Positions 45,901 to 56,806 of a DNA stretch of 64,000 bases are shown one piece after another. Each line of letters begins with the position of its first letter. The first letter of the stretch is position 1. This stretch comes from Sporopachydermia quercuum (taxonomy: Eukaryota): the NCBI GenBank assembly GCA_001599295.1, contig BCGN01000008.1:372001-436000 (forward strand). Direction: 5' to 3'. Made by a program: the position numbers and the translations under genes. The notes beneath the pieces were generated by a model. The model worked only from the letters and a program-made list of their open reading frames with translations. It had not been told where the DNA came from and ran no database searches.

Positions 45901-47555
45901 TTAAACAAAACACCAAAGAACATAGCAGCACCTCTAGAATAGAACGAACCGGTATCGAACTTCAAGTTATAAAAGACAGAAGCTATAACTAAACCCATAA
46001 TAATGTTACCAAATACTGAGAACAAAGTGATAGATGGATCACCAGCAGTAATCCAGATATTTCTAATCATATTATACTTGACTTGCATAGCAAACGAGAC
46101 AGAATAAGGAGACTTTGCACTAAGATTTTTTGATTGCTTAGCAACATGAGAATCAATGAAATTATTTGCATCATGAGAAACTGATGAGAAATACTTGTCA
46201 AGTTTCTGTTGTAAAGCCGCATATTCAGCAGAATTCTTCCAGTAAGTATCAAATTCAGCAGGGGTTTTTGGAACTTTATCTTCCCAACCAGGCTTCGCTT
46301 GTCTTTCCATAGGTGAAGTAATAGATGTGAGGAAATCAGCAGTGGTTTGTCTATCAGGACATTCATAACCCATACGTAAGAAAAAATCCTTTGCTTTGTC
46401 ACCGGGACCAAAGTAAATTTGATAACCTTCGTACAAAAGGATAGCATTATCAAACAAGTCATAAGCATCTTGAGAACATTGATAAATGGCAATGAGACAT
46501 GTTGTATCTAGATAGTTAGCAGATGTTTTCAAAGATCTGATGAATTCCAACGCAGTAGCAGCATCAAGACCTCTTGTGGCATTATCCCAGCACTGGAATT
46601 GAGAACCACTGATGCAAGTTTCAGCAATGGAAACACGCTTTCTTTCACCACCAGAAACACCTCTCACTAAGTTGCTACCAACCTTGGTATTGACAGTATG
46701 AGACAAACCATACATAGCCATATAGACTTTGGTTAAATGATCTTGAAATTGCTTTCTAGTGACACCGGGGAACCTGTTTTGAGGTGTCTTTAACATGGCA
46801 GCAAAAGAAAGAGTTTGCTGGACGGTAAGATGTGGAAAATGCACATCTGATTCGGCGTTATAGACAACCGCACCTCGAAATCTTTGGTCAATTTCCTTCG
46901 GTGATAAACCATCGTATGAGATTTGTGACTCGGGTGCGATCCAAAACCCATGAGTACTGGAGGAGATTGTTTTCAATAATGTAGAACAACCAGCTCCAGG
47001 TCTACCCAGAACAACAGTTACAGTACCCGGTGTAACTAAAGCATCCATAGGTTTCAAAATATCGAAAAATCTAGATTTATCATTTTTTTTAGCATTGATT
47101 TTGTTCCACGCGGAACCGAAATACTTATAAACAATGTTGAATACTGTTGGAAGATAATCTGCATCTGCAGCAATACCATAAGCCCGGAGATTTTTATAAC
47201 CAATACCCAAAGAAGAATGTTTGTAATGTTCTTCATCCAAATCATATAGTTTTCTGAGATTCTTGACCCAAAGTTTAGCATCAAAATCTTCGGAGGTTGG
47301 GTCTAATCGTGAATCGACTGATATGTTCGATTGAGGAATAGGTGTAATACCGGGAATTTGTGAATAAGCTGAAATGGTACGAACCAGTTTATTGTTGTAT
47401 TCGGATTCCGATGAGTTTTCATCTGTCTCTGACCCATTATTCTTGCCTGACATGTTCGTTAACTCCCTTGTAAGGGCTTGAATAGCAGAAGCGTCGGCCC
47501 CTGTGTATTCGGCCACACCTTCCTCTACTGAGGAAGAAGAGCGAGAAGAAGGCAT
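42957..47555 (-). CDS. Full-size PDR-family ABC transporter (Pdr5/Cdr1-like)
   Basis: NBD-TMD-NBD-TMD; degenerate Walker A GRPGAGCS, VSGGERKRVSIAE, CWDNATRGLD; NBD2 GASGAGKTT, LNVEQRKRLTIGVE. First ATG at 47555 (track start is GTG). Confidence 0.96.
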   Translation of the reverse strand: MPSSRSSSSVEEGVAEYTGADASAIQALTRELTNMSGKNNGSETDENSSESEYNNKLVRTISAYSQIPGITPIPQSNISVDSRLDPTSEDFDAKLWVKNLRKLYDLDEEHYKHSSLGIGYKNLRAYGIAADADYLPTVFNIVYKYFGSAWNKINAKKNDKSRFFDILKPMDALVTPGTVTVVLGRPGAGCSTLLKTISSSTHGFWIAPESQISYDGLSPKEIDQRFRGAVVYNAESDVHFPHLTVQQTLSFAAMLKTPQNRFPGVTRKQFQDHLTKVYMAMYGLSHTVNTKVGSNLVRGVSGGERKRVSIAETCISGSQFQCWDNATRGLDAATALEFIRSLKTSANYLDTTCLIAIYQCSQDAYDLFDNAILLYEGYQIYFGPGDKAKDFFLRMGYECPDRQTTADFLTSITSPMERQAKPGWEDKVPKTPAEFDTYWKNSAEYAALQQKLDKYFSSVSHDANNFIDSHVAKQSKNLSAKSPYSVSFAMQVKYNMIRNIWITAGDPSITLFSVFGNIIMGLVIASVFYNLKFDTGSFYSRGAAMFFGVLFNAFSSILEILSLYESRPIVEKHKTYAMYHPAAQAMSSIVTELPPKLLTSVGFNLVFYFMVNFRRNPGRFFFYFLMMITATLSMSHIFRCIGAGSKSLASSMTPAAVFLLALTIYAGFAIPTPSMLGWSRWINYLNPIGYAFEALMTNEFAGLDFPCSDFIPQGPSFTGLQPDNQVCSVTGAVIGESTVSGSRYLAVTYDYYNKNKWRNWGIVLSFVVAFFFLYLVLVEYNHSAMQKGERLLFQRSTLRKLRKQNKNVNINDIESIALEKEITTQEGQAIDEGVAELSAGTDIFHWRNVCYDIKIKKETRRILSGVDGWVKPGTLTALMGASGAGKTTLLDVLANRVTMGVVSGDMFVNGRLRDSSFQRSTGYVQQQDLHLETSTVREALRFSAYLRQAPSVSREEKDSYVENVIKILEMEKYADAIVGVAGEGLNVEQRKRLTIGVEMAAKPQLLLFLDEPTSGLDSQTAWSICQLMRKLANNGQAILCTIHQPSAILLKEFDRLLFLAKGGKTIYFGDLGENCQILIDYFERNGAHPCPPQANPAEWMLEVIGAAPGSKAERDYHEVWLDSEERQEVLLELENMERELIKIPVDQSAHSEHNKEFAASLLTQYKIVLKRAFEQYWRSPSYIWSKVLLTIAASLFNGFSFFKADNSLQGLQNQMFSIFMFFITFGTMIDQMLPYFVSQRDLYEARERPSKTFSWKAFILAQITVEIPYQIICGTAAFFCWYYPVGFYNNASLTDSVTERGVLMWLLVTAFYIYTISLGQACVAGMEIADNAGNLASLLFVMCITFCGVLAGPSSLPGFWIFMYRCSPFTYLVGGIFATGVANAPVICRETELVEFAPADGLTCGDYIAPYVDTVGGYVADPSNTTLCQFCSMSETNIFLQSVGIYYDRRWRDFGIFICYIFINYAFAIFLYWLARVPKSKNRVKNEKKSEAEQDLIRQQTIEREMTRQSGKSGRSGVSVKSLFHKGKAQEQ

Positions 47556-50500
47556 TCTATCCACCTAACTGTCTACTCAATCTTTGTGAATTATTCAATT
47601 CGTCCTTGACAATTGGCACTAAAAGCGTTTCCAGGTTATTTTCTGTTATAAATTGAATTAGCAGTTAATACAAAGGAAACTGTCGACAGTCCTATTATCT
47701 CTTTATACGTAGGTGGTTTCAAGACGACTGACCTGATTCTTGTGCTTGTTGTATAATCTGCCTGTCTCTATTTCTAGATTGTGATCTTGAGTAACAAGCT
47801 TAATAATAAACATTCAACCAGGATGTCAAATAATTTTGAATTGAACAGATACTTAATATGACACTCGGAAAAAGGAATCATGGTATGTTTTATATTTTTT
47901 CTACGGTCGTANCAAATTTGCTGTTTTCTATATATAAAAGTATATTNTGAATCCCGTGAAGTTACTACGCTCATATCGCATTTGATACCNGGTTGTTTAT
48001 ACCAATAATAAAGTTATTAACATTGGAGTTTAAGTTTCGTTCATAGCGCAATGAACGATGTAGAAGGAAGAGATTCCGGAAACGATACAAGGCATATAAA
48101 CTTTACAGACAAACCTTCGGTGCTAAGAAATAAAGTTGAGCTAGTTGTCAAATAGCCCCGTTCTCTGAATAGTAATAATAATATACAAGTTAAACTTTTC
48201 ACATTTGATTGAGTTTATNCTTAATTTTCTTCGAAAGGGACCATATTTACGAGAAGGAACGAAAAGAGCGAATGATTCAAATAGTTAAACGATTAGGTGG
48301 GTATGAATGGAAATTGGCAATAGGATGGTAAGCGTAGACAGAAAACTCGAGGAAAACTATTAAGTGATTGAATAGGATAAAGAAAATAAGTCAAGCAGAG
48401 TCTGGCTGTATGGGCTTGAAATTGAAAGATTATTAATTCAACACTAGAGATTGGCGATGCATTGATGGCTTATATGGATAAGATATGAGATCGATGAAAC
48501 AGGAGAATAAGTAAAACTGGCCGGTAAGCACCATTAGCTCCAGACATTGATGGATACTGGTTAGTTCAATCTACTGTATTGAAATTAACCGAAATAATCA
48601 TTGTAGATCTTAATAATATATTGATATTCCGTTCGTGCTGCTGTAGGATGTGGAAGCTTAAGCTTAAGCGTATTCGATATCATTGCTAGGACTAGCTTTA
48701 CGGTATTCGATTTAAGTTGATTCCCAGTGAGAAATAGCATTCATCAGAGAAGTATTCTGATAGCTATAAAATGAAATGTTTGATCACTCATTCTTTTAAT
48801 ATATTACTGCAAGTCACCACACCTTAAAGGACTGCCCATGAGAATTGATCAAAGCGCAATTACCAATAGATACTAAAATAAGCCACTCTGTTTTATATCT
48901 TCTTCTTATAAAGTTACCTGACACATTCCCGTTCATCGTAAGCCAATTCTCCTTTATCGGTGACCAATTTCATTGTTGCATAACAATTGAAACGATTGAT
49001 CTCGTTAATCTCGCTCATCTATTTCACTTCTCCAGTTTTGTTAGTCAAATACCGGAAAAGATTATCTCGCTTTTATCGCAAACCAGAGGGCTGTAGTAAT
49101 AAAGTTTGAGTGGCAATCCTTAGTTTGCAAACTTCAAAGTTTAATCTACATATATAATTTCATAAGGATACTATAGTTAATCTCTTTTCTGGATATCAAA
49201 AATAAAAAAATTAAAAAAATTAAAAAAAAGATAAGTTCGATAGATAGAAATTAAATAGAAGTACCACATTTTCGTTTGGATGTGGATGAAGTGAAAAAGG
49301 AAAACATAAAATAAATAGAATATAGTGGGATGTGAGTATTCAGTTGACGTATAGAAATGTATGATAATGAGAAATGTCTTGGCTATTGAGAAACCTAGTA
49401 GATTGGTCAGAAGTTAATCGAACTGATTTTTCTTGGAGGTTGATCATACTGGCGTATAGACTTCCAATTCTTAATATAATGATAGAAAAAATAATACGTA
49501 GTTGTGAAGATCGAGATGACATTTGTTCGGTCAAAAAAGAAATTAGATAATGATGTAAAACAAGGTTGTCCTAGAATTCAAATCGTTCCTCTGGAAAAGT
49601 TCTCCNGGCCTCACTCATAACTCATAAAAGGAGGGCGTACGACCACAAAAGAAATAATAGAAGTTCAAGATTCGTGAACATTTGCTATTGTTCGTCACTC
49701 TTCGAGTATTAGTAGAATACTAGTTAAGTTGCTCGGAAAGAGTAAATAAATAAAAAGAACATTTATATCGAGGACAAAAACTAGAAAGGCAGCTTTTCTT
49801 GTCTCTCAATTCAAATCCTTTCGCAGTTTGATCAAAGCAGATCATGGTATGCTGTGTTTCGCTTATTGACCTAACCAACACTCCTCAANAAACATTTGCC
49901 GGCTTCATGTCTTCTGATTGCCTAACTATTCAATAGATCCTTTCACGATGCTCTATGCTGAATGAAATCGCTATTATACTGAGTTTCATGTGTTTTCACC
50001 TCCGCAATTCACTATTCAACATTTATGTGAAAAACTTCTGAGCGGGCTGTATAATCAAAAACTCCTTAGTATCAACAAACATATTTAACATTTTGTTGAA
50101 TTTACCTTTGAAATTTAGTTCTTCCTTTTTCGTGGCACGTGTTTTACCTTCATCTCTCAATCTTATAATTCAGACTTTCATTTTATATATAACGTCAATT
50201 GTCAATTGAATCAGAATAGAAACAACGGACAGAAAGAAAGAGGCAACATTCGTTATCCAATCATATCATCTAATGCTACCACATAGGTGTCCCTATCAAA
50301 TCATAAATATCAACCGTCAGAGTGTTCTTTCCTTACATATGTATATATATGTTCTATCAACTGCTGGTTGTTTTCTCGTTTTCTACCAAATGGAAATCTT
50401 TGCTTTATTCCCAGAAAACGATAAAGATCTGGCCTTCAGCCTTTTACCCCACATTTCCAGAGTGTTCATCATTAGTATCTGAGAAGACAACACTCTAGGG

Positions 50501-51562
50501 TGTTATATATGAGTCATGTGATAGCGATGAAAGACAACTTACTACACTACATTCAGGACCAAACTTGAATACTAACGTAAATACTATTACAAGTTCGAGC
50601 CTTCAAGCTTACCTATACCAATATATAATTGTCGCTGTTTTGTTTCAGAAAATGAATTTTTTCAGAGCTCCATAGTATTTTTCCTTTCTCTTACTTAAAA
50701 TATGAAGAACGAATACACAGAACGCGAATTTTACACTTATTCTCTGGAGGCCTGCACAGTTATTTCATAATATTCTCTAGAGTATTCTAACCAATCTATT
50801 TTTCAAACTTTATCTTTTATCTTCTGAAAAAGCTCCAAAAGTACTCATTTAAATATGATCCCTCATCCGCAGGAAATGCGTTTCTTCTTCGATTCTAGAA
50901 GATCAATGCAATATGTTGGTCGAAGACCGTGTTTTACTTAAACTTGAAGGACTTTTTGTTCACTAGATTCTATGAACAATAAGTGCCTAACATCAGACTT
51001 GTTCTATTTTTATTCAGAGAGATAATCCCATTCAACTAATCACAATAAGTGTAACGTATGCGGTTTTCGTACTATTAGGAGTTGGAAAAAAAGAGACTTT
51101 AACAGCTGTTTTTTTCCTTGTTGAGATAATTCACATTAAGATCTTAGCCAATCACTCTGTTGTATTTGTTATATGTAACATACATTTCATATTTATTTCT
51201 ACTCTAAACTGTATATTTCTCTGGTTGAAGGAGTAGTAAGAAGTAGTAGGGACAGCTAGATGAGAGATTGTTGAATCATCACGCCATACAAATTAAGTTT
51301 CTCTATTATCACATCACAACTATCTGCGAGACATAAACAATCTACCTTTTATTTTACAATAATAATTAAATCAATTCAAGTACATTCACTTTGAAGCCTT
51401 CAAGTGTTTTAGTTTCATTAATTCTGAACTACAATACCCGACTGCAAGATTTTATTTGTTGATTGAAAGAACTTAGAATAATATTTATACAGTGGAAATT
51501 TCCTCATAATATCAACCGGAAATTTATAACCAGTTGCTGAATCTCAATTTTGATTCTGAGCC

Positions 51563-53290
51563 ATGTCAGATAATAAAAAAATAGAAAGAAGTGTTTCACC
51601 ATCAACAGTTCCCCCAACAATTGCTACGTTTAGAGCTCCATCTACAAACATGGGTTCCAAGATGGCAAATGGTATGTCTACATCTGCAGGTAATAACTTA
51701 GTTGCCTCACCCAACTCATTAACACCGCAGACCAAACCTCGACAGCCTTCCATAGTTGATATTCTATCAACACCACCACCACTGTCTTCTGAATTTGCTG
51801 TAGCTCGAGCAAGAGCAAATTCAGCTGTTTCTGAAGGTTCATTTACAACTGATAATAATTCTGATACCTCATCTATCAACGGTAATCGACATTCCAGAAA
51901 TTATTCATTGACGGTAGCTGATATCATAAAACCGCCTCTGACTGGTACCCCTAAACAAAGAACGGACTCAATGTCAAGTAATCATAGTAATAATGGATCA
52001 GGTGATGGTTATGGATTGATAAAGACCCAATCCAATTCCAGTGGAAGTACAAGTTTATCCTGGAATTTGAATGTTTTTGACTCTTCAGAAACAGGTGATT
52101 GGTCTCAAGTTCCAATATCAGAGTTAGTCCAAGAAGAGAAACTAGTGTTTGTAGATGGTGATTTATCCGTGGAGAAAGCGTATGATGTTTTAATTGATCA
52201 TAATCTAACTTCTGTACCTGTTAGGTTATCTTCTGATGACGGTCCCCAAAGCTATGTCACATTTGATTACAGTGATTTGAATGCGTATCTTTTGTTGGTT
52301 CTTGGTAAACTGCAAGCATCACTTACTAACTCAGAACCTGGTTCTGGGATTCGTACCCCTAAGTTACCGGTAGTCCCTCCTTCTGTGACAGTTGGAACAC
52401 AAATTAGTCCTATAACATCGTCTATTCATCATCAGCCGTTTTTCAAAAAGTTGGAAGAATTCGAATCAAACAATATCACAGTGTCATATGTTGTGAAACT
52501 AGCTCCCAAAACTCCATTCATAGTTTTACCTTCATCAACGAATTTACTGACAGTTGTTGAGATTCTTGGTTCTGGAGTTCACCGGTTGGCAATCACACAA
52601 GATGATGATTCTAACCATGTTATTGGAATTTTATCTCAAAGAAGAACCATAAGATACTTTTGGGAGAATGCTAGAAGATTCCCATCATTACAACCATTAT
52701 TTCAAAGTTCAATCAGTGAACTAAAGATTGGCTCTTATGAAGATATAGCATATATTAATGGTGAAAAACCAGTACTAGAGGCCCTTATGTTAATGCATAC
52801 TCAGAGAATGTCTTCTTTAGCTGTCACAGACAATAATCTGAACTTATTGGGTAATATTTCTGTTGTGGATGTTCGTCATTTAACCAAGTCACAGTCGCAT
52901 CTGATAAAGTGCACCTGCAGGCAATTTGTATCAAAGGTTTTGAATTCTCGTGGTTTACAAGATGGTAAGGATACTTATCCTGCTTTCCACGTGTATCCTT
53001 CATCATCGTTATCAAGAGCAGTGGCTAAGCTTGTAGCAACTAATTCTCATCGACTTTGGATTGTAGAGGAACCAAAACAACAATTGGATTCTGGAAAGCG
53101 AGGTAGTATAGGATTGGGCGTAGCAGCAGGTCTACCTGAGTTGGGATTTTCAAAGATTATTCAAGGGAAACTCATCGGTGTTATATCATTGTCAGATATC
53201 CTCAGCTTATTTGCTAAACATTCTGGTAACGAGGTTGACCCCAAACTAGCTAGAACACAACGGAGGGAATCATCAGTTACCAGATCGTGA
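51563..53290 (+). CDS. SDS23: CBS-domain protein Sds23/Sds24
   Basis: SIVDILSTPPP, FDYSDLNAYLLLV, ILGSGVHR, LSQRR..YFWENARRFP, VAKLVATNSHRLWIV motifs. Confidence 0.92.
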   Translation: MSDNKKIERSVSPSTVPPTIATFRAPSTNMGSKMANGMSTSAGNNLVASPNSLTPQTKPRQPSIVDILSTPPPLSSEFAVARARANSAVSEGSFTTDNNSDTSSINGNRHSRNYSLTVADIIKPPLTGTPKQRTDSMSSNHSNNGSGDGYGLIKTQSNSSGSTSLSWNLNVFDSSETGDWSQVPISELVQEEKLVFVDGDLSVEKAYDVLIDHNLTSVPVRLSSDDGPQSYVTFDYSDLNAYLLLVLGKLQASLTNSEPGSGIRTPKLPVVPPSVTVGTQISPITSSIHHQPFFKKLEEFESNNITVSYVVKLAPKTPFIVLPSSTNLLTVVEILGSGVHRLAITQDDDSNHVIGILSQRRTIRYFWENARRFPSLQPLFQSSISELKIGSYEDIAYINGEKPVLEALMLMHTQRMSSLAVTDNNLNLLGNISVVDVRHLTKSQSHLIKCTCRQFVSKVLNSRGLQDGKDTYPAFHVYPSSSLSRAVAKLVATNSHRLWIVEEPKQQLDSGKRGSIGLGVAAGLPELGFSKIIQGKLIGVISLSDILSLFAKHSGNEVDPKLARTQRRESSVTRS

Positions 53291-53646
53291 GAAGACTGGT
53301 TGGTATCTAACAAATTATATGATCCACTTTTATAGTATACTATAATATCATTACTAATTTTATTCTAATCTAACTAGCCTAATAATCCAACCTGAAATCC
53401 TTTCTTACCCAGGGTGTCGACCCCTTGCTGAGGCCTCACATGAGCCAAACCATCCGTCCAATTATTTTTCATACATTGAATATCATTCAGTAGGTCAATT
53501 CTAAAAAAGATATAGCATGGAATGTTCCTCTTTCGATCGCCTTTCCCAACATTATAAAAATACANACATCATTTCGTTCTTTCTTTTCATATGTTCATAT
53601 ATTTCCGCTCTTCGTCCTCTGACGGCATTTATCTCTTCGTTTCATT

Positions 53647-54549
53647 TTACCTCGTATATCGTATTAGATACAAGGCAATAAGAATACCAAAGTAAATCAA
53701 AGCATTCGTACCTAAGTGATCAAAAAATCCGTTTAAAACACCTGCCACAGTTTTTGCAAATGCATGCGATATCCTGGTAGATTCTTCTTGCATGCAGAGA
53801 GACCATTGATCACATTGTCCATATAAAGCAGGACGAGATCTGTCATGACATTTGTTCACAATATAATTCTGAGCACATGACAATGCTCTTGCTTTAGCTA
53901 AATCAGACAACGACTCCAATTCTTTCGGCAAGTCAAATATAACAGTACCAACCAATAGTATCACAAATGATGAGAGTAGCAAGTGAACAGGAGTTCCTAT
54001 GTAATTGTCGAAGGGGAATTTATATCCTTGAGGATTCACTTTCTCAATGAATGGATGAGGAAATATGGAATCTTTTATAGGGCCCAAATTAGATGACATT
54101 TCGGTGTCAGATGGTACTTCTGTCTCCTTCATTACGGTATCTATTGTTTCAGAAGGATTCAAATCCATCTCTCCTAATTCTTCTGATTCGTCCAGCGATA
54201 TGTCATATACNTCATCATTTTTCAAATTGAAGTGTGTCATGGGCTCAGGACTTGATTCTGGAGTTAAATTCCTGGTAGACTCATCTCTATAGAGCACCAT
54301 TTCAGAATGGTGTTTGGGCAATGCGTTATTAACTATACTTGGCTTTGATGGTNGCTTANATGACTGCTGTTTCAGATTCTGAATATGGTCGTAACTATAA
54401 CTTTGAGACAACTTAGGACTAGGAATGCAATTGAAGTAGTGCTTTGTTTCAGAAGGAATACTGAAATGCTTCCGAGAAGTGTCAACAGCTAGCATTTCGA
54501 CATCATTGTCATCGTCGATTAGTTGAAGATGTTTCAATTCGTCAAGCAT
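53647..54549 (-). CDS. Brr6/Brl1-family nuclear envelope protein
   Basis: Two TM segments flanking four Cys: CAQNYIVNKC...RPALYGQCDQWSLCM, then AKTVAGVLNGFF. Confidence 0.85.
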   Translation of the reverse strand: MLDELKHLQLIDDDNDVEMLAVDTSRKHFSIPSETKHYFNCIPSPKLSQSYSYDHIQNLKQQSXKXPSKPSIVNNALPKHHSEMVLYRDESTRNLTPESSPEPMTHFNLKNDXVYDISLDESEELGEMDLNPSETIDTVMKETEVPSDTEMSSNLGPIKDSIFPHPFIEKVNPQGYKFPFDNYIGTPVHLLLSSFVILLVGTVIFDLPKELESLSDLAKARALSCAQNYIVNKCHDRSRPALYGQCDQWSLCMQEESTRISHAFAKTVAGVLNGFFDHLGTNALIYFGILIALYLIRYTR

Positions 54550-54803
54550 CCCATCTTAATACTTAACCAGCAGTTTATGATGATGTGTTTGTTAATGACA
54601 ATTTCTACAAAAGTCACACAGAGTCTGAATCACTTCACACGAAAAAAGTTATTGACCGAAGAGACTGAAAAAAGCTCAATTTATATTTTTGGTCTCGAGG
54701 TGAATGTTCATTCAATGACAACACGGAGTCTTGTATGCAGATCTTTTAAATATAAAAGAGAAAAGAGGATCAATAAACTAAAAAAAATTCAGGATCCTCA
54801 TAG

Positions 54804-54811
54804 GTCACGTG
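54804..54811 (+). promoter_or_regulatory. GTCACGTG E-box upstream of the BRR6/BRL1-like gene
   Basis: RTCACGTG match, with a TTACGTGA variant about 20 bp away. Confidence 0.3.
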
Positions 54812-54979
54812 TATTCTTTTTGATTACGTGATATGAATTTACTGAGATTTCGGAAACATTGATAGATGAAGCCGAAAGCATCGTAATTACAGGTANATTT
54901 ATTACGATATTCTTGATATATTAGAAGAACGATGTTATTTATGCTACACTAAAATACATACAACCATAAATAGAACATT

Positions 54980-56154
54980 TCAATGTTCTTTTGGCTTCTC
55001 TTCTTGGTCACGCTGTTCGCGCTGTTCATCCTGCTTGGTGATCACATTCACAAAGTTCAATACATTGTTTGATAGTCTACCCAATTCACCACCATCATCA
55101 ATGAAACCTTTCAACCCTGTTTTGATGATCCCATTATATCCATTATCAATAAACATCGACAACCTGTCTTGAAGATTTTCTTCTGATAAAGTATTCTCTG
55201 CATGGACATCATTACTGGTTATAGTATATGGCTCAAACAACTTTAGCGAATCAAAGGGTGTAGATGTCTGAGAGTTAACAAATTGTAAAACAAGAGCGTG
55301 ATTAAATCCTATATTTACTTTAGTGTTGGATTTCTCCTCTGTTTTATCCTCTTGTAAAGTCTTCTCTAGAAATTTATTCAGACTTGCAACATGGGCTTCC
55401 CTGCCTTTTTTTGATATACCTTCTGGAGCATAAGTTGTCCCAAATCCATTCTCAATCCCATTCTTTTGTTTATTGTTTTTTACAAACTTCCAATTAAAAA
55501 GTGAAAGAAAGCACCCTAAAGTTTTGAGGTAATGTCTATTGATAACCTCTGGATTCCCCACATCCATCAGTAGTGATAGAAACTTCGTAGAATCGGATCG
55601 AATACTGGTATCTATATGTGTCATTGCTGAATGCACGTATAAGATCAAGTTATCACTTTGGAATCTCAAAACATCCTCATTGTACTCCTTTATCGTTTTG
55701 TAAAGCACTAACAATGCCAACCTCACTGAGGATGCGGTATCTAAGATTGAAGCAGTAGATCCTACAACAATCTCCCGTAATAAGAAGTTATCGTTGTGAA
55801 CAACTGGTAAAAGCTTAGTGAGATGTATAATTGCTTCCTTTCTGGTACTTGATGAATGATGTGAAATTAATGATATACTGTGAGTAATTTGGACATTTAT
55901 TGGTTGGCCTTTTACTGAAATTGATTGGCTTGGAAGTGAAATTGTCTTGGATTTGAATGAGATATCTGTACTATTGGATGCCTTTGGTTTAGTTTTACCA
56001 ACTCTCAATTTTGGTTTCTAAAGATAAAACAATATTAGTAATGACTCAAAATGATCCAACATCTTCTCTCTAAAGCTCATAGAGACAACAAGCTTGACTG
56101 ATAATCACATACCGCAAAATCCTTTGCTTTATCTGATCTCTTTTTTCTACTCAT
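54980..56154 (-). CDS. IPI1: Rix1 complex component Ipi1; exons 56154-56113 and 56017-54980
   Basis: Spliced N-terminus MSRKKRSDKAKDFA|KPKLRVGKTKPKASNSTDISFKSKTISLPSQ matches Ipi1; also LYVHSAMTHIDTSIRSDSTKFL. Confidence 0.93.
56018..56112 (-). other. IPI1 intron (95 nt)
   Basis: GTATGT at 56112, TACTAAT branch point near 56040-56034, ctttAG acceptor ending at 56018; phase 0. Confidence 0.9.
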
Positions 56155-56641
56155 TGTGTATTTCTGTTAGAATGCTCTTGAATAAACTATCAATAAAAGA
56201 TGTGATAAAGTTCACAATATTGAGTTGTATATGGATATTTTCAATTCTTATACACTGACATTGTGATAATCAAGAAACATTAAATATAAATTGTAATTTC
56301 CTGGTCATGTCATGAGAGAACAGCTACTGAAGTCTTCCCATACAAAAAAAAGTTTTATATGATATATAGAAAAGTTTCCTTGATTATGTAATCAATATAA
56401 CATATGCCATCGAATGCCCTCCACCATATTGGTTTTCTTTTCTTGGTCAAGTTTAACAATATTAAAGTAGTGAAGCGGCAGCTCCTATTATTTATTTATT
56501 TCTACGATAATGGTCTGTAGTAAAAGAAATTTAGTTGCAATTCTTTACATATTACATTGTTTCAATCTTCCTTCGTCTTCATCTAATTGAAATCATCTCC
56601 TTTATTCCTTTTTCGAGAGTAATTTTCGGAAATCATAACAT

Positions 56642-56652
56642 CTCATCTCATC
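56642..56652. promoter_or_regulatory. Overlapping PAC-like elements in the IPI1/RQC1 divergent promoter
   Basis: CTCATCTCATC holds two GATGAG on the minus strand; IPI1 is a ribosome biogenesis gene. Confidence 0.4.
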
Positions 56653-56806
56653 CGTTGTTATCTATATAATCAATGTTAACAAACTTGATTTTCTCATTTC
56701 TCTTCAAATATTGTTTTCATTTGACTCCTCTAGAAAAAAGTAATAGTTCCAATCACAAAAGCTCATAGCTTAGAAGCACTTTCGTATATTCAAAACTGGA
56801 TGCAAT

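Noticed and set aside
54804..54900. RTCACGTG as CDEI of a point centromere (also 35764 and ATCACATG near 10155)
   Set aside because: Not followed by a very AT-rich CDEII and a CDEIII.
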